DNA of 64,000 nt from Acanthaster planci (lineage: Eukaryota), in contig NW_019091360.1 of the NCBI RefSeq assembly GCF_001949145.1, forward strand, positions 3,763,816 to 3,827,815. Direction: 5' to 3'. The position numbers and the translations under genes were made by a program. Below the pieces are notes generated by a model. It had not been told where the DNA came from. It did no database searches and worked only from the letters and a program-made list of their open reading frames with translations. Shown here piece by piece: positions 1 through 12,200 of the stretch. Positions within the stretch are counted from its first letter, which is position 1. The number at the start of each line of letters is the position of its first letter.

Positions 1-257
1 AGAGTTCACTGAGCCTCTGACAGACATCTCAGCCAAGGTAGGCAAGACGGTCACCCTGGAGTGCCGTATCTCCAATGCCAAGGCTGAAGTCAAGTGGCTC
101 AAGGACGGAGTGCAGATCTTTGCCGTGGACAGACACAGCATCATCAAGGAAGGCCAAAGGAGAGCGTTGGTGATCCGAGACGTTGGACCTCGAGACATTG
201 GGAAGTACACATGTAAATGTGGGGATGCAAGCACCGAGGCCACAGTCAAGGTCAAAG
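1..257 (+). CDS. titin-like exon: Ig domain (partial at window edge)
   Basis: Frame 2 reads EFTEPLTDISAKVGKTVTLECRISNAKAEVKWLKDG...YTCKCGDASTEATVKVK; donor GTGAGT at 258, phase 1. Confidence 0.93.
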
Positions 258-3200
258 GTGAGTATGTGCTATTTATAGACTCAAATTTATCAAGTCATTA
301 ACATCTTATCAGGTTGCACCAAGAATTACACAGATACATGTAAATTTTGTAGTCAGCCAGCTGTGGAATGGTTAATGACTGTAGAAATTGAGATTCACTC
401 TGCAAGCTGTTGTAACCACTGTATTTTGTTCACAGCTGGAATTTGAATTAACCTCTGGTTCAGCCAATCTCTCAGTGCCTGTGGGTCTTTATGGACAAAT
501 TTGGATTGTCTGATGTTAAAGGCATCACCTTGTAAGCAACATTCTGGTTGCTGAATAATCCTCTTCCATTAATAAAAGGGCATTCAGAAAAGATTGAAGG
601 GTTATCTTCAAGTTACACAAAGTTTCTTAAAGTTTATTAATTGTTGCATGAACTTTCTTTTTCCTTGCAGCTGAACCAAAGATTGACCTCTCTGACTACA
701 AAGATGTCATCACTGTCCGTGCTGGTAACGTCCTTCGTCTCTACGTACCCTTCACCGGATGCCCCACGCCAACAGCCGAGTGGTATCGTCATGACCGCCG
801 CATCAGCGAAGACAGCAGAACCAAGATAGAGAAACAGGAGAACAGAACAGAATTGGTCATCAAGAACACCATCCGATCAGACACAGGGCAATACTCACTG
901 ACTGTCAGCAATGAAGCTGGCAAACACACAGCTAACATCCATGTCATAGTGGTTGGTAGGTATCAATCACAGATATTATTCCTCATTTTATTGCATCCCA
1001 CAGAGTGTTTCGATTATTATTCATACATAAATTTGGTGTGTCGAGAAGTTACCAGAGTGTCATAAAGTTCATATTTTGGAATATGATTATTGTGCATCAA
1101 TTAAAGTGCCATATAAGGGGATCTTAGAACCCAAAGTAATCTGTAGTCCTGCAAATGCAAGTTATTTCTTCCGTCAAGTTGTTTGGCTCAGCCTTTGCTA
1201 GGGACCAGTAAATTTTAATGACAACTCATTGGCCATCCCAACCAAATGAAGTACAACTTTTCAAACAAATAATGCAGTGATATATAACGTTGAAGCCACA
1301 CCAATTCCCAAAAAAAACTATTGACTTACATCACCACATCAACAATGTTTACAGATGTTCCTGGTCCCCCCACCGGACCCCTGGAGATCTCCGACGTCGG
1401 CCGTTTCTCTGTCAACCTCTCCTGGTCCCCGCCCAGAGAAGACGGCGGCTCCAAGATTGAATACTACACTGTGGAGAGACGGGAGAAGGGTCGCAAGCTG
1501 TGGACAGTAGCTACCACGTATGCTACAACAACATCCTTCACAGTGACGGGACTTGGTGAGAACATGGAGTATGAGTTCCGAGTGAGCGCTGAGAACATCA
1601 ACGGAGTTGGACCTCCTCTGGAATCATCTCAGGCTGTCGTCTGCAAGACGCCCTTCTGTAAGTTGTTTTGTCCTTCTGTCCTGAGTTTGGACTCGAAAAA
1701 AAGGGAAAGTGGAAACTTTTTACTTAACATCACTTAGAACCAGTGTCATAGTCAAATCCCTGACAAGGCCAATCAAGTCTTTCCAGACCAGACACAACTA
1801 ATGGGGTGAACAATGTAAGTTCATTTGGCTAGTTTTTCTGAGTTGCCTTAAGACTGAGTGACTCGTGATGGACTTGCAGGGACTTGAGATGGACTAGACA
1901 TCAACACCGCCTTGAACGAGGTTGAGGCAAGAGCAGACCAACAAGTTAACTTAATGAGCTCTTAAAAGTCATGGGAAATCTATTTCACCAATGACAGGGT
2001 TCTTTGTGTTCATTTTCTGCAGCTGTGCCGAGCGCGCCAGGCAAACCTGAAGTCCATAACATCTGCCATGATCACATGACCCTGACTTGGACCGAGCCCC
2101 AGCATGACGGCGGCAAGCCCATCACAGGCTACATCCTGGAAATGAGAGAGAACTTTGGCGCACACTGGAAGCGAGTCAACCGCGAATCAGTGGTGGACAC
2201 CACCTACACAGTGAAGGGATTAGTGGAAGGTCACCAGTATGACTTCAGAGTGACCGCTGAGAATACTGTCGGGCCAGGCAAGCCTAGCCAACCAACTCAC
2301 CCACCACGCATTGCCAAGGACCCTGCAAGTAAGTGCTTCTTGTCAGTTTGATTCAGGCAGAATTTAAACAGTGGTCTTTTTAGAATACAGTTGTGGTGCT
2401 CTACCAACTGAGCTTTTCATCCCTGATAGAAAGGAAGGCCCAAATTGTAAACAGTTTTCATGTTTGAAATGAAAGAGATTAGGGGAACCCCTTCTTATAA
2501 TAGTATTCCTCCATTTAGTCAGTTATTCTTGATTGGAAGGGGATTTTATTTGGAATGATATGATATTAACTCAATTTTATCTAAATGCTGTTAGCCGCCC
2601 CCCCCAAAAATCGGTCTCTGGTCAGACCAAAGTTCCAGAATTGATGCAGCGATACGTTTTTCTTGTTTTAAAAATTTTTTGGGGGGGATGGGGGTTGGCT
2701 ATTTAAGACTTGTAACGGACATGGAATTGAGTGGCATATTTAATCAAAGAGCAAAGGCAATTGGTAGCACGTCGCACGTCATGCCACCATTGTTGTTAAT
2801 CAGCTGGCTGCAACTTTGTAACCTATCCATGGTCTACCGTTTGTGTTCGACATCAACATTAAGCAGTCATCTATCACTGGGTACGAGCTACCCACAAATT
2901 AGTCTGGTTCCTTGAACAAATTGCCCTTCCGACTCATGGACTTGTGGCCGAGAATCAGTCTACTCACAAACATTCAGGCGATGCGGAAATAGAGGGTGCT
3001 GTTTTGTGAAAATTTTGAGAAAAAAAAAAATTTGACGTGCATTTTTTTTTTTGGCCTTACATTATTTCTTAAATCACTTATATGTCATCCTAACAGTTTT
3101 ATTTCATTTCAAATTTGATAACTGACCCCCCTGCCCCTGCCTCTGCTCCTTTTATAGGACGACCTTCACCACCTGGTTGCCCAACCATCAAAGACATCAC

Positions 3201-6200
3201 ATCAACGTCTGTGAAGCTCAGCTGGACCGTTCCATTCTCAGATGGGGGCCAGCCTATCACCCACTACACGGTGGAGCGTAGACGGAAGGGCTCTTACGAC
3301 TGGACAGACAAGCTGACCACCCCTACCAACTCTTGTCAGGTGGAGAAGCTGTCACCCAACGTGGAGTACGTCTTCAGGGTGTGTGCGGTCAACACTGCTG
3401 GCATGGAGAGTGATCCTAGCAAGGCTTCAGAGGCATTCGTTACCAGAGAGTCACTCCGTGAGTAACCAGTTCAAAAAAACATTTTCAGTTGTAGAAAAAA
3501 AAGATATCTGACTCTGTAACAATCATTCCTTGTCCTCTGAATCTGAATTGCAGGTTGCATCAGATATTTGGAAATAAACTCATCAATTAAGCAATTCGTC
3601 AATTAGTCTTTCAAGATTATTTATCCCAAAGTACCCCAAACTTGGCAATTGTAAAAATTGTGAGAGCTGTTAAAAAATGTATGTTCAGTCACTGTAGTTG
3701 TTTACCAGTTTTGTAAAAATGACTTAATAACAAATTATTGATCAGATCTGAATAACAATTTGTAATACATAATTCATTCTGTTCAGTCATTGGCAGTATC
3801 CCTGTCAGCCTAAAAAATTTCAAATGTAAATTTGGTTGAATTATCTTTCCCATCACAATGCCCCCTCTGACAAACAAGTAATATAGTCAAATACTGTCAT
3901 TAGTTTATGTTAACGTCATGGTTACCTATTGGATTGCAGCTGGAGTACCACCAACTTTCACAGAGGAGCCACACAGCACGATGGTTGCTGAGAAAACAAA
4001 GGCCGAATTCACCTGCAGAGTGGCCGGGACACCCACGCCTCATGTGGACTGGTGAGCGTTGGTTCCTTTCTCACCTGCAACAATCATTAATTACATCTCT
4101 TGCTGGTCAGTTAGATTTGAGTCGAGTTGAGTCATAGCGCCTGAAATGTTTGATGTGTGAGTGGAAAGTTTGGCTTTGAATCTCATCCAACCAAGCTTAC
4201 TTTAGTCGAACCTTACAATAAACTTAATTTTGGGTTCAACATTGAAGTTTGTGAATAAATTACAAGGGAATTGCCATCTGATTGTAATCTTCGTGATGCC
4301 AACAGGATCCGTAAGGGTAGGGAGTTGTTCACCGGTCGCAAGTACAGCATAACAACAGACAAAGATGGCCTACACAGACTGACCATCCATGAGGCCAGAG
4401 AGCTGGACAGTGGCATGTACACAGCAGTTGCCCAGAATGAGAATGGAAAGGTTCGCGCATCGGCAGAACTCCACATCAAATGTAAGGCAGTGTTGACCTC
4501 TGGTTATTCATAACAAGAAGTTCATATCAAATACAAATTTGTGAGCTTACGTTTAATATCTGACAACTTTAAAAACCCTACTTTCCCAGCAATTTCTCGT
4601 GTGAGACATACCTCCTGTAGTATATCTCTTATAGTAACGAGGTTGAAAACTAGGAACAACACGTGCTGGGTAGACTAATTGGAGGAGATAGCCTTTCTCT
4701 GGTGGTTATATCTTACTCGCATGTTCTTAAACTTAAGATGTGTACATTTTGGCAAATCACAGCACAGTATTAGTGACTCATACCCATGGACAAGAATAGC
4801 ACCACCAATTTGGGTCACTTGATCATTGCATATTTTCAGAATAGAGAATGAGAAAGTGTTAATGTCAAAGATTAATACATGTCAAGTTCCCATTGCATAC
4901 TTGCAGCCTGTTCGGCGAACTGAACAGAAATTCATTCTCCCAAAATTTCCCCGACCACTTTCAGCGCTGCCAACTCTGGACCTTGACCGCCGCATGAGAG
5001 ACTTCAGTGTCCGTGCTGGAAGCACCCTGCGCATCTCCATCCCTTTCACTGGCACACCCACGCCCATCCTGAGGTGGAAGAAGGAAGACGGTGAAGAGAT
5101 TAACACAAGAGGACGATTCCGCATCGATGCCTTGGGAGGTGAGGCCGATTTGACCATCAGGGAGACGGAGAGAGAAGACAGCGGTGTCTACATCTTAGAA
5201 GCTGAGAACGAGTATGGAGTGCAGCAGGTGGCAGCCAAAGTACAAGTTGTTGGTAAGAATCTGAGAATTTGCTGAGGCATTGTTGGATTGACCATTGTGA
5301 GGGCGATGGGGGCAAAGTAGAAATTTTACAAAACAGGAAAAATGAAGGTGAAAGAAACAACAAAAGGCAGGAAAGAGAATGGAGATCACTCATTAGCTTG
5401 AAAAGACCCTCAGAATTGATCCCCTTCTACTGTTAATGGTTTGTCAGTTTGCTGTCGCTTTGTCAATTTGAAACAAGTCTTCTCCCTAGAAAAAAATTTG
5501 GCCAAACCCATCATCGTTGCTGCTTATAACTGATCAGAATGACCTGAGTTGCAAATGTGTCTTAAAGTATCTCATTCGCTTGTATATCTGCCGATTGTTT
5601 TCTTTATGATAAATCTCTGTTTGACATGAGCTTCTTAAGAATTGAAAATTCTCCTGTGAGAATGTGCTTTACGTGAATGGGTAACATTGTAACTTCAGAC
5701 AAACCTGGACCGCCAACTGGCCCCATCCAGACAGTGGAGGTCAGCAAGAAATCTATCACGTTGTCGTGGCAACCACCAGCTGATAATGGAGGAAGTCCCA
5801 TCATACGCTACATTGTTGAGATGAAAGAGGCTAACAGGTACAGCTCAGATGATGGATGTAATGTTTCTTATTTTCACCTTTTTCTCCAGTAAAGTTTGGA
5901 ATTTCTTTTGAATTTTTTTGGATAAGCTATTTTCCACAATATAGAACCTGTAGTATAAAGTGAGGAACTACATTGAGCCATGTTTGTTGCTCTTTCCCCT
6001 CAGAACTATTTGGCAGAACGTAGGCTTTGTCTCTGCATCCACTGAGCACACAGTCAGTGGACTCATGGAAGGAACGGCTTATCTCTTCCGAGTCTCTGCC
6101 GAAAATCAGTATGGCCCCAGCGAACCTCTGATTGGACGAGAGTCAGTCATGGCCAAGGCTCCTTATGGTCAGTCCAATCATCTATGTTCCCTGACTAGTA

Positions 6201-9200
6201 CTGTATCCCTGGGGGTGCATCTGAGGCACGTGCCCTCCCATTGAAAGTCAGTGCCCTCAGGTGCCCCCTATTTGAAATTTCAACATGTTTACAGCCTGTG
6301 TACAAGCCATGGTTACTTTGCTTTAAGTACCCCCTTGAAAAAGGTATGCACCCTTGGGCACTCTTCTGAAATGTCGCTTCATTATACCACTGTTCCTGAC
6401 TGATTTGCCCCCTTCACAGTTAAATGCTGGAAGTGTACGCTCAACCAAATCCTACTCTGTTTCCAAAGTTGTTTGGATAATTTGGAACGCTTTCACAATA
6501 ACTTTTTATTATTTTATTTTTTTACCTGAATGAAATTTTGAAAAATGTTTATTCACTCGTAGTACAAGTTCATTTATTTCTAATTGTGTCCGTAAAATGG
6601 CTACCTAAGATAGTATGTTTTGTTTTCTGAACAAACCCAAATAGCAATAATCATTCACAACAGAATGCTTTTAAATTTTCACTTTTACTTTTTGGTTATT
6701 TCAGCAGTGTGCAAATTTCAGCAAAATGAAATGTGATTTTTGTCTCTTGAAGATGTCCCCGGTGCCCCAGGGAAACCATCGGTGTCCGACATCCAACGCC
6801 ACTCCGTCCATCTCCTCTGGGTTCCACCAGAATCAGACGGAGGCAGCCCAATCACCAACTACATTATCGAGAAGCAAGAGACAACGAGCACCCGATGGTT
6901 CCGTGCCAACAGGGAGGAGGTGACAGGAAACAGTCACACCATCACCAACCTCATTGAAGACTCCGAGTATGAATTCCGTGTGATTGCTGAGAATAAAGTC
7001 GGCTTCAGTCAACCGAGTCCATCTTCTCAGCGAGTGATAGTCAAGGACCCAAGAGGTTTGTCGGCATCTCAATTTCAGATTGTTTTCATCTCGTTGGTGC
7101 ATCTAAGCATAAAACTAGTGAATAGTTTCCAATCTGTTCATATCATTTTCAGTGTTGCAGTCGAATCCCTCTCAACTCCCTGCAAGTCCATCGCATTACC
7201 TAGCTGCAAGCCAACGCACAAGCTAGTCAATTGAACTCTGACTAAAGTATTCCTTTTGACATGTTAAACTGTCTCTTAATGACTGGACTTATGAAACGAC
7301 GACTAATGATGGACTTGGCTAGAACACTGGTCATTTAAAAAATACATTTGCTGGAATTCATTCAAAGACATATGTCAAATATGAGAATAACATGTTAAAG
7401 TTGGGATAATTCTTCTCAAAAACTGACAGCTGGAATTATGAATGATGTCTCCACATGCTGTCTTATTTGTTTCATTTCAAGGGTCTATCCCAGCTTCGTT
7501 TGTCCGTACTCCACAATCCATTGCCGTCACCCAAGGCAGAGCAGGAACCTTGGAGTGCGAGGTAGCCGGCTACCCGTCTCCTCAAGTCTTCTGGTACCGT
7601 CTCGGCCGCGAACTTCACGACAGCAGGAAGTACAAGATCAGAGCCAGCGGCAACATCCACACACTGCAGATCAACGATGTCTATGAGGAAGATACTGGAG
7701 AGATCACAGTCAAGGTCATGAACAAAGCTGGATCACAGACTGAGAAAGCTGACCTCCAGATTCAAGGTATGCTATTCCCAGCCGTAAAAATCTTCTTTTT
7801 CATGAAACAGGACTCTATTTTCCTCATTGATTGAAATGATTAAAACGAGGCTCGTCTATATCTATATCTGCCTCTTCTGTTTTGGAACTGATTCAATAGA
7901 ACTTTCCAACATGTAATAATTACTGGAAGACCAGTATCCACGAACATTATCTATATTGAGAAGAAAAGATTTTCCTGTTAGTGTCACTTGTCTTTATGCC
8001 CTTAAATGATTTTATAATTTAATAGTATTGGGCTATCAAGGTAATTTGGGGCAGGGGAGGATTAAAAGCTTTTGGCATCTCCAGAGCCCTATGGTGACAT
8101 TTCTGATGTTACTGTTGTCAAGTTTAACCGACAGTAACATCACACTTGCTTTTCTCATCATTAGGTGCTCATTAATTATCTTCTCTCAATATATGTCATT
8201 GTACATTTACATATTTATTATAATATCCATGATATCTCAGCTACTGTCGTTAATATCAATGTCAGCATGGATAAACTAAATAAATGAATTTTTAAAAATG
8301 AATCAAGGAAAAATATTTCGAAGATTAAACATAGGCAGTCCAATTTTAGGTTATGCATTGAATGGAAATTGATTAGTCACTGATGCAGTCTCAACTTTGT
8401 TGTTATCACTTTCCTTGTCATCCTTTTCTCTAATACACAGTTGCTCCTAAAGTCAACGTACCACCACGCCTCCGCATCCCCCTTGATTGTCTCCAAGGAG
8501 AGATCTTGAAACTCAGAATACCTTACACAGGCATCCCTGCACCCAGCATCACCTGGGACCATGACGGAGTTGACATCAAGCCTGCCAGGAATCTGGAGAT
8601 CAAGACCAGCGACAAGGAGACAATGCTGTCCATCACTACAGTTAGCAAGGAGGATGCAGGGAAATACACAGTGGTCGCTACAAATGAGCTGGGATACGAT
8701 TCAGCAAGCATTGTCATCAACATCCTGAGTACGAGAAATACTCATTTGGGTTTTTTAAAAGCATCATTGTGTGCATTAAGGATTGAATGCTAAGATCGGA
8801 ATGAAGCAAACAAGTTTATAGGATCAGTTCATGAAAATGTTTGGAAGAGATTTTTTCTCAACAAATTTGACATGTATTCCCTCGTTGAAAATGGGACTAT
8901 CAAGTTTCAAACAACAAGTTGCGGTATTGTATGCCAAGAGATTGCTAATGGAAAAGAAAGGTTGACACAAACTCAATTTGGTAAGCCTGTCTAATCTAAG
9001 CATACAATATCACTTGGTCAGTTTGGCTGTTTAGCAGCTTTTCATCCATATGAGGTTACAATAATGACAAATAATTCAGTGAAATATCAATGAATTTTCA
9101 ATAAGAAACATTTACTAATGACTTATGGTTTTTGGTCTTAATTTGTCTCATTTTTGTTTGCAGGACAACCAGATCCACCTCGTAACTTGGAAGTCCTCGA

Positions 9201-12200
9201 CGTCACCTCGGATACCGTCCGTCTCTCCTGGCAACCGCCTCTCCATGACGGAGGAAGCACCATCACCAGCTACGTGGTGGAGAAACGAGATGCTGGATCC
9301 AATACCTGGGTCCGCTGCGTTACCAGCAGAAACTGCTTCCATACCATCGTGGGCTTGAGGTCTGAGTCAGAGTACCAGTTCAGAGTCACAGCATTGAACT
9401 CCTTCGGCGCGAGCGAGCCGTGTGAAGCATCAACTGTCATAGCAACTAAACGTGAGTCACTCAGATATTTTTGGCTGAAATGATTCTGTCTGTAAGAAAT
9501 TCACTCATTACAAGAAATGAGCCATGTGAAATTAGGTCTTTAAAAGAAGCGAAAGCAACGGTTTTGGGGTTTGTAATAAGGTTTCTTGATTTTGCAAAGA
9601 TCCATTTGGATAATCGAACTTTACAATATTTATGTCTAAGTTTGAAATTAGTATCTCACACAGATTGGAGTTATATTTCTGGAAAATGTTAAAGCAATGT
9701 TTTAACCACTTGCTGCCGGGTAGCCCAGTTTAAGGTACGTTTTCTTTATACGCAAAGCCAGGCTGCCTGAAATCGGACAAAAGAGCTGGGCCTTTTAACA
9801 AAAGACTGTACTCAGAACAAAAGACCGGGCTGCTGGGAATTGCCAACATTTTTTCAATTGTCAATAGCGGAGGAAATCCGTCATTGTTTTGAAAGATTGT
9901 ACCACTGTTTGTGGTATTCAGCACGAGTGGATTACCACCGGGGACAAAAGTGCTCCAGTGCTGAGGGATACAAAACCACCGCACACTAATCTGGCCGCTA
10001 TTGAAAAGACGCCAGCAGCACACTGTGCCAGTAATTACATAACACCACCCAATCAGGGCTCTTTTTACAAGGGGCAGGCCTAGCTGAAATACTCGGGCAT
10101 CAATAGATGTTGTCTGTCAGATTAGAGTAGCCTCCAGACAGTCACTCGATGGGGTTTAGGCGTTCAGGAAAAAAAGATATCAATTTTTGAAGATTTTTGA
10201 AAACCGAAGATATTGAAAAAATCACTCAGCATTAGACACTGCATTTCCAAAGGGACGCAGCAGCAAGTGGTTAACTACATATATCTTAAATTAGTTGTGT
10301 CCAAACATTGGTTGAAGGCTGGTTGACGGTAGCATCACTCGTGTAACTTTCTATAATTCAACAGCTTCGGCATTGACCCGCCCAGAGCTTGAAGATTATG
10401 AAGCCAAGCGACGATTCTATGATTCACTGGTTGATTTGAGCTGGATTCCGTCCAGGTTTGACTACATCAAGCGATTTGGCTCTGTCTATGACTACTATAA
10501 CATCTATGAAGAACTTGGAAGGTAAGTACCTATTTAGGTCTAATACTGGTCCCTATCTGACTCTTGGAAGTTTGACTGTTAGCCATAGTATTGCTATACA
10601 CACCAACTTTCACCAGAATGAGCACAAATTTATAGCCTCTTTGAGTTCTGTACGCACAAAGGGCATTTAAATTTCTGTATTATCTCCATCTTTTTAAAAG
10701 TTTTTCATCAGATTTGTCCTCTTTCAATCCACAGAGGATCCTATGGTGTGGTCTACAGAGCTGTGGAGAAGAAGACAGGCAAAACCTTCGCTGCCAAGTT
10801 CCTACGCTGCCAGGGTCACGAGAGAGAAGTTGTCAAACGAGAAATCGATATCATGAAGCGACTGCATCACCCAGCATTGCTGTCTCTCCATGAGGTGTTT
10901 GAGAACGACGAAGAAATAATCATGATTATAGAATTGTAAGTCAAGATTAAAATTCACTCTTTCTTTGATAATGAAGTTAAGATTTGACATTTGTACAAAA
11001 TGTGAATTAGAGAATGAAGCAATCATTCCTGTCATTTTCGTGCATTCTGCAGCTTGTCTGGCGGGGAGTTGTTTGATCGTCTCGTTGACGAAAGCCACAT
11101 CTTGACTGAGCCCGAGGTTGTCGACTACATGAAGCAGATCTGTGAAGGCATCAGACACATGCACGAGAAGCACATCCTTCATCTTGATCTCAAGGTAAAG
11201 TGACGGCCAACAACTGTCTTCACAAGAATCACTCTTGTCTTCAATGAAATTAAGATTCAGGGCAAACTCCCATCACTGCAAAAAGAATTTCAATCAACAT
11301 TTGCTGTGCTTCTTTGGATATGAACAGAAGATAAATTGTTGAATAAACCTCCATTCATTTGAATTTATGTTAATTATTTTGTGAGATTTCTATTTTAATA
11401 AAGAAAAATGTTTAAAAGTTCAAGGTTGTTGTCTCGAATTTATCAGTGATTTTTTACAAAACCAATTTGAAGACGCGGCTTTTTTAAATAAAAGCATGTT
11501 TTTTGTTGACCTAGCCGGAGAACATCATGCTACGTACTCGCACTGGCAACGATGTGAAACTCATTGACTTTGGTCTAGCCAGGGAACTCGACCCACATGA
11601 ACAAGTGCGCGTCATGTTTGGCACTCCAGAGTTTGTGGCACCAGAAGTCGTGAACTTTGAACCCATTGGACTGCCATCCGACATGTGGTCACTCGGAGTG
11701 CTGGCATACGTCATGTGAGTTTTCTTTCAAATTTGTAATGAGATTTATGCACATGTTGTAACTAGACCAATTATAATGGGTGACCACTGTTTAAATTGGC
11801 CATTATAGTTAGAAAAATGTCTACTGCTAGAGATTTGACGTCATCCAACACAGGGGGACAATGTTCATAATGAATGGAACTTTGCAAACAGCCTGCTTTC
11901 AGATCAGTAATTTCCATCTTGATATTGTTCAATTGGAACTGCATTGTACATATGTTTCTTACCAGGTTGAGTGGCATCTCGCCATTCATGGGAGAATCCG
12001 ACATTGACACCTTGAAGGGCGTGAGTCGGGGGGAATGGGACTTCGACGAGGAAGCATTTGCTGATGTGTCCGATGAAGGACTGGATTGGATTGAGAAGAT
12101 TCTAATTCAGGACAAGGAGTAAGTTTAGGGAGCGTTTCATAATTGTTGAAGGCGGTATTTACTGTGGTACCGCTGTTTATTTAGCGGCACTGCACTAGTT

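Noticed and set aside
2349..2414. Functional tRNA gene
   Set aside because: Only the A-box/D-arm is intact; the T-arm and acceptor stem are decayed, so it is treated as a SINE remnant.
4826..4964. 5' extension of the Ig exon via the AG at 4905-4906
   Set aside because: In the required phase 1 it reaches a TGA within five codons.
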